From the NCBI GenBank assembly GCA_017650105.1, contig JAGCFO010000039.1:2571-66570 (forward strand): a stretch of 64,000 nt of DNA. The letters are read 5' to 3'. The notes beneath the pieces are model-generated. The model had not been told where the DNA came from and ran no database searches. It was given only the letters and a program-made list of their open reading frames with translations. Both the position numbers and the translations under genes were made by a program. Source of the stretch: Bacteroidaceae bacterium. Lineage in GTDB: Bacteria > Bacteroidota > Bacteroidia > Bacteroidales > Bacteroidaceae. Numbering within the stretch: the stretch's first letter is position 1; every line of letters begins with the position of its first letter. This document shows, in pieces, positions 61,078 through 64,000 of the stretch.

Positions 61078-61938
61078 TTATTTTGCTGAGATGCTGAATT
61101 GGAGGACTACTGGATAATGGTCTGATATGAAGGGCACTCCGTACGTCTTGTCACGCAGCACGCTGAAGCTGAGCGCCTTGCAGTCGCGGATGTAGATGTG
61201 GTCTATCATGTGCGCGGGCACGTTCTCATCCTTAAAGGCGTTGTAGGTGGAGCGGTTGTCGGTGACGGGGGCAATGTCGCGCGACGAGAGCAGGCCTGCC
61301 TCCTTCAGGGGGGCGAAGAAGGGCTCTGACGAATGGCTGTTCATATCGCCGCTGAGCACAACGGGTGTGCCTGCTGGCACTATCTGGCTGATGCGCTGAC
61401 AGATGAGCTTGATGGACTCCTGCCGTGCTGTGACGCCCACGTGGTCGAGATGGGTGTTGAAGTAGAAGATTTCCTTGCCCGACTTCTTATGCCTGAGGCG
61501 CACCCAGGTCACCGTGCGCTTGCAGGCGGCATCCCACCCCAGCGTAGGCTCTTCAGGAGTCTCGCTGAGCCAGAAAGTGCCGCTATCAAGAAGCTTGAAG
61601 GCTCGCTTACGGTAGTATATGGCCATACACTCGCCCTCGCTCTTGCCGTCGTCACGTCCCACGCCCACGTGCCCGAAGGTGCGGCGCGTGTGCTTGTTGA
61701 AGAAGGCCATCTGATCGGGCAACGCTTCCTGGAGGCCCAGCAAGTCGGGCTTCTCCACCTTCAGCAACGTCAGAGATGCCTTCTTGCGGTGCTCCCAGTC
61801 GTTCACGCCGTCTTTGGCTCCGCTATTGCGGACATTGAAACTCATCACACTCAGCTCCTGCGCAAAGGACGGCACAGCGATGCAAGCCAAGAGCACCGCG
61901 AGGAGCAGTTTACGTATACAGTCACTCAGATTTCTCAT
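61078..61938 (-). CDS. Endonuclease/exonuclease/phosphatase (EEP) family protein, secreted
   Basis: LSVMSFNVRNSG..., LLGLQEA, SGDMNS and ISDHYPVVLQF motifs. Its stop is 12 nt from the C69 gene start. Confidence 0.85.
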   Translation of the reverse strand: MRNLSDCIRKLLLAVLLACIAVPSFAQELSVMSFNVRNSGAKDGVNDWEHRKKASLTLLKVEKPDLLGLQEALPDQMAFFNKHTRRTFGHVGVGRDDGKSEGECMAIYYRKRAFKLLDSGTFWLSETPEEPTLGWDAACKRTVTWVRLRHKKSGKEIFYFNTHLDHVGVTARQESIKLICQRISQIVPAGTPVVLSGDMNSHSSEPFFAPLKEAGLLSSRDIAPVTDNRSTYNAFKDENVPAHMIDHIYIRDCKALSFSVLRDKTYGVPFISDHYPVVLQFSISAK

Positions 61939-62132
61939 AGCATTCGTTCTTTAATGATTCGGTTCAGCAAAGGTAAGCCGATTCTCCTACAGATGCAACA
62001 GAAAAGGAGGAAAAAAGCACCCTTCGAGCGATTTTTTCACGCGCATCGAGGCAGACAACCCACTATCCTACCCCATCCTGACGATTGAGCGGCAAAAGAT
62101 CTTCGCAAAACGGAGAGACTTTGCAGTTCTGT

Positions 62133-62279
62133 GAAGAAGGAAACGCGCGAGATGAAGAAAGAAGCGCGCGAGATGAAGAAGGAAACGCGCGAGATGAAGA
62201 AGGAAGCGCGCGGGATGAAGAAGGAAACACGCGGGATGAAGAAGGAAACACGCGGGATGAAAAAGGGAACGTTCGTAAA
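62133..62279 (+). repeat. Repeat family locus G: seven head-to-tail 21-bp units (147 bp)
   Basis: GAAGAAGGAAACGCGCGAGAT / GAAGAAAGAAGCGCGCGAGAT / GAAGAAGGAAACGCGCGAGAT / GAAGAAGGAAGCGCGCGGGAT / GAAGAAGGAAACACGCGGGAT (x2, identical) / GAAAAAGGGAACGTTCGTAAA. Lies in the divergent region between the EEP gene start (61938) and the ppiD start (62480). Confidence 0.95.
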
Positions 62280-62397
62280 GAGGAGATTTTTGCCTTACGA
62301 CTCCCATTTTGCCAACTTCCACACATATAAAAAAGGAGAAAAAAGCTCAATTTTTGATTTTTTTTGCCAATTATGATGAAGTATGTGTTTTTTTGTG

Positions 62398-62405
62398 TAC
62401 TTTTG
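62398..62405 (+). promoter_or_regulatory. Candidate -7 box TACTTTTG for ppiD
   Basis: 74 nt upstream of the ATG at 62480. Confidence 0.45.
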
Positions 62406-62479
62406 CACGCTAAAATATTCAGCACGTCTGAAGATAGCACTTTTTTACGGATAAACAATAAACTAAATAACTGTTACAA

Positions 62480-64000
62480 ATGGCAACATTAGGAAAGATT
62501 AGAAAGCACGGGTGGTTGCTGCTTGTCGTCATCGGCATCGCCCTTCTCGCCTTCATCGTCGGTGACGGAATCAAGGCTATCCGCCCTACCCAGAACCAGC
62601 GCTTCATAGGTGAAATCAATGGCGACAAAGTCTCCGTACAAGAATATCAGGAGGCACTCGACGAATACACCGACGTGGTGAAATTCGCACGCGGCACACA
62701 GTCACTCACCGACGCCCAGATGAACCAGATCAAGGACGAGGTGTGGAACCAGATCGTAACCAAGAAGCTCATCAACGAAGAAGTGGGCAAGATGGGCGTT
62801 ACCGTAACTCCCGCCGAGATCGAGGCCGCCCTCACCGAAGGCACCAACCAACTGCTCACCCAGTCGATGTTCGTCAACCAGCAGGGCAAGTTTGACAAGG
62901 ACCTCCTCTACAACTTCCTCAACGAATACAAGGAGATGGATCTCAACACGATGCCCGCACAGTATGTAGACTACTATCAGAGCGTGTACAACTACTGGAA
63001 GTTCATTGAGAAGAACCTGACCCAGGAACTGCTTCTGAACAAATATGAGGCTCTCGTCACCAACGCACAGATGAGCAACCCCGTGAGCGCACAGAGCGCA
63101 TACGACGGACGCAACAACTACTGCAAGCTGGCCTATGCCGTGATTCCCTTCACAAGCATCGCCGACTCCACCGTCACCGTTTCCGACGCTGACATCAAGG
63201 CCCTCTACAACAGCCGCAAGGAGAGCTATCGCCAGTATGCCGAGACTCGCGACCTTCAGTACATCGACATCGCAGTCGTTCCCAGCGACGAGGACCGCGC
63301 TGCCCTTCAGGCAGAGATGGCCGAGAGAGCACAGGAGCTGGCTGAGGCAACACCCGAAAATATGGCATCGGTGATTCGCCTTTCTGAATCGACCGAGACC
63401 TTCAGCGAAGTGCCCCGCACCGCTGCCGGCCTGCCCGCCGACATCGCCGAGCGCATCGCTACGGCTGCCATCGACGCCGTAGAGCCCGTTTACTATAACG
63501 AGGAGGACGACTCCTACAACACCTTCCGCCTGTTGGCCAAGACCGTAGGCCCCGACTCTATCCAGTATCGTCAGATTCAGGTTGCTGAAGAAGAGGCCGC
63601 ACGCACAGCCGAACTGGCCGACAGCATCTACGACGCACTCGTGCACGGTGCCGACTTCGCAGAGCTCGCACAGCGCTACGGACAGCAGGCTGAGCCCCAG
63701 TGGGTGAACTCCGCAAGCTATGAGGGTGGAGCTATCACGGGCGAGAACGCTACTTATATCAACACGCTCAACGGTATGAAGGCCGGCGAGCTGAAAAAAC
63801 TGGAGTTCAGCGGAGCAACCCTCATCGTGAACGTTACCGCAACGAAGAACCCCGTTGAGAAGTATCAGGTGGCTATGATCAAGCGTCCCGCTTACTTCAG
63901 CAAGGAGACCTACAACAATGCCTACAACAAGCTGAGCCAGTTTGTCGCTTCAAACCAAACAAGCGAGGAATTTGAGGCTAACGCCGAAGAGGCCGGCTTC
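62480..64000 (+). CDS. ppiD: PpiD-like periplasmic chaperone / peptidyl-prolyl isomerase (SurA N-terminal domain protein), 5' 507 codons, runs off the right edge
   Basis: Open-ended, so absent from the ORF track. The ATG at 62480 gives MATLGKIRKHGWLLLVVIGIALLAFIVGDGIKAIRPTQNQRFIGEINGDKVSVQEYQEALDEY..., with no stop to position 64000 (exactly 507 codons). The N-terminal TM anchor plus SurA_N-like region fit PpiD. The listed minus ORF 62702..63646 is its antisense shadow. Confidence 0.8.
   Translation, partial: MATLGKIRKHGWLLLVVIGIALLAFIVGDGIKAIRPTQNQRFIGEINGDKVSVQEYQEALDEYTDVVKFARGTQSLTDAQMNQIKDEVWNQIVTKKLINEEVGKMGVTVTPAEIEAALTEGTNQLLTQSMFVNQQGKFDKDLLYNFLNEYKEMDLNTMPAQYVDYYQSVYNYWKFIEKNLTQELLLNKYEALVTNAQMSNPVSAQSAYDGRNNYCKLAYAVIPFTSIADSTVTVSDADIKALYNSRKESYRQYAETRDLQYIDIAVVPSDEDRAALQAEMAERAQELAEATPENMASVIRLSESTETFSEVPRTAAGLPADIAERIATAAIDAVEPVYYNEEDDSYNTFRLLAKTVGPDSIQYRQIQVAEEEAARTAELADSIYDALVHGADFAELAQRYGQQAEPQWVNSASYEGGAITGENATYINTLNGMKAGELKKLEFSGATLIVNVTATKNPVEKYQVAMIKRPAYFSKETYNNAYNKLSQFVASNQTSEEFEANAEEAGF

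Noticed and set aside
62133-62279. Possibility that the 21-bp arrays are CRISPR arrays.
   Set aside because: Units abut directly with no unique spacers between them. The 21-bp period is shorter than any CRISPR repeat-plus-spacer. No cas genes are present in the window.
62063-62458. Four overlapping ORFs through the 21-bp array (62063..62458-, 62068..62322-, 62085..62330+, 62131..62376+) encoding heptad peptides (KKETREM, EEGNARD, SSRAFPS). Similar EEGKKFF-type ORFs cross the other repeat loci (13632..13979, 28527..28853, 32525..32815, 36280..36492, 43673..43897, 45673..45870).
   Set aside because: Several frames on both strands are open simultaneously, simply because the purine-rich unit lacks stop codons. 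The ORFs start inside neighbouring genes or in arbitrary flanks, and the units occur in both orientations. I treat them as non-coding. The coding possibility is kept as a stated refutation test.
1-64000. Search for mobile-element genes, prophage, defence systems, toxin-antitoxin pairs, and tRNA/rRNA genes.
   Set aside because: No transposase, integrase, recombinase, phage structural, restriction-modification, Cas or nuclease-NTPase defence-type ORF could be supported. No intergenic region contains a cloverleaf-like tRNA or rRNA sequence that I could recognise by eye.

Overview
This window is a chromosomal segment from a Bacteroidota genome, probably Bacteroidales and Prevotella-like. The evidence is a SusC/SusD pair, many lipoprotein signal peptides, TAnnTTTG -7 promoter boxes 20-90 bp upstream of starts, and several proteins ending in short T9SS-type C-terminal sorting domains. 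GC-rich codon usage produces many long antisense shadow ORFs in the supplied track, and I rejected those. I support 36 protein genes. Two are open-ended and therefore missing from the ORF track: a partial secreted protein at 1-217 (-) and a PpiD-like gene at 62480->64000 (+). I saw no rRNA, tRNA, CRISPR array, transposase or integrase.

Layout:
- 1-13.5 kb, minus-strand polysaccharide-utilisation operon: glutaminase-A-like putative glycosidase, IPT/TIG lipoprotein, SusC, SusD, PUL lipoprotein, GH92, then a partial secreted protein.
- 14.1-25.9 kb: four large secreted proteins that all carry T9SS CTD-like tails. They are a double GH43, an internally duplicated 881-aa lectin-like protein, a 1475-aa glutaminase-like::GH2-like fusion, and a DUF5077/DUF3472-like protein.
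- 26-31 kb: calpain-like protease, PAP2 acid phosphatase, a small lipoprotein and a second GH92.
- 31-36 kb: CorC/HlyC transporter, LptC, a TPR protein and an outer-membrane barrel.
- 36.5-45.4 kb: DUF4105 plus alkaline-phosphatase pair, PepSY-like protein, secA and a two-gene hypothetical operon.
- 46-52.7 kb: TetR-TolC-MFP-RND efflux operon followed by a PII-like small protein.
- 52.7-58.2 kb: GH13, then an ADP-ribosylglycohydrolase::GH92 fusion.
- 58.2-64 kb: esterase, C69 dipeptidase, EEP-family protein and ppiD.

The most unusual signal is non-coding. A dispersed intergenic repeat family occurs at seven loci in 64 kb. It is built from strictly 21-bp-phased units with a purine core GA(A/G)GAAGG and small palindromic spacers (A6T6, CGCGCG or ATATCGCGATAT). 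Copy number runs from 2 to 7 units per locus. Some loci are tandem, some form long inverted repeats, and one is flanked by a perfect 15-bp direct repeat. I do not recognise it as any described repeat class.
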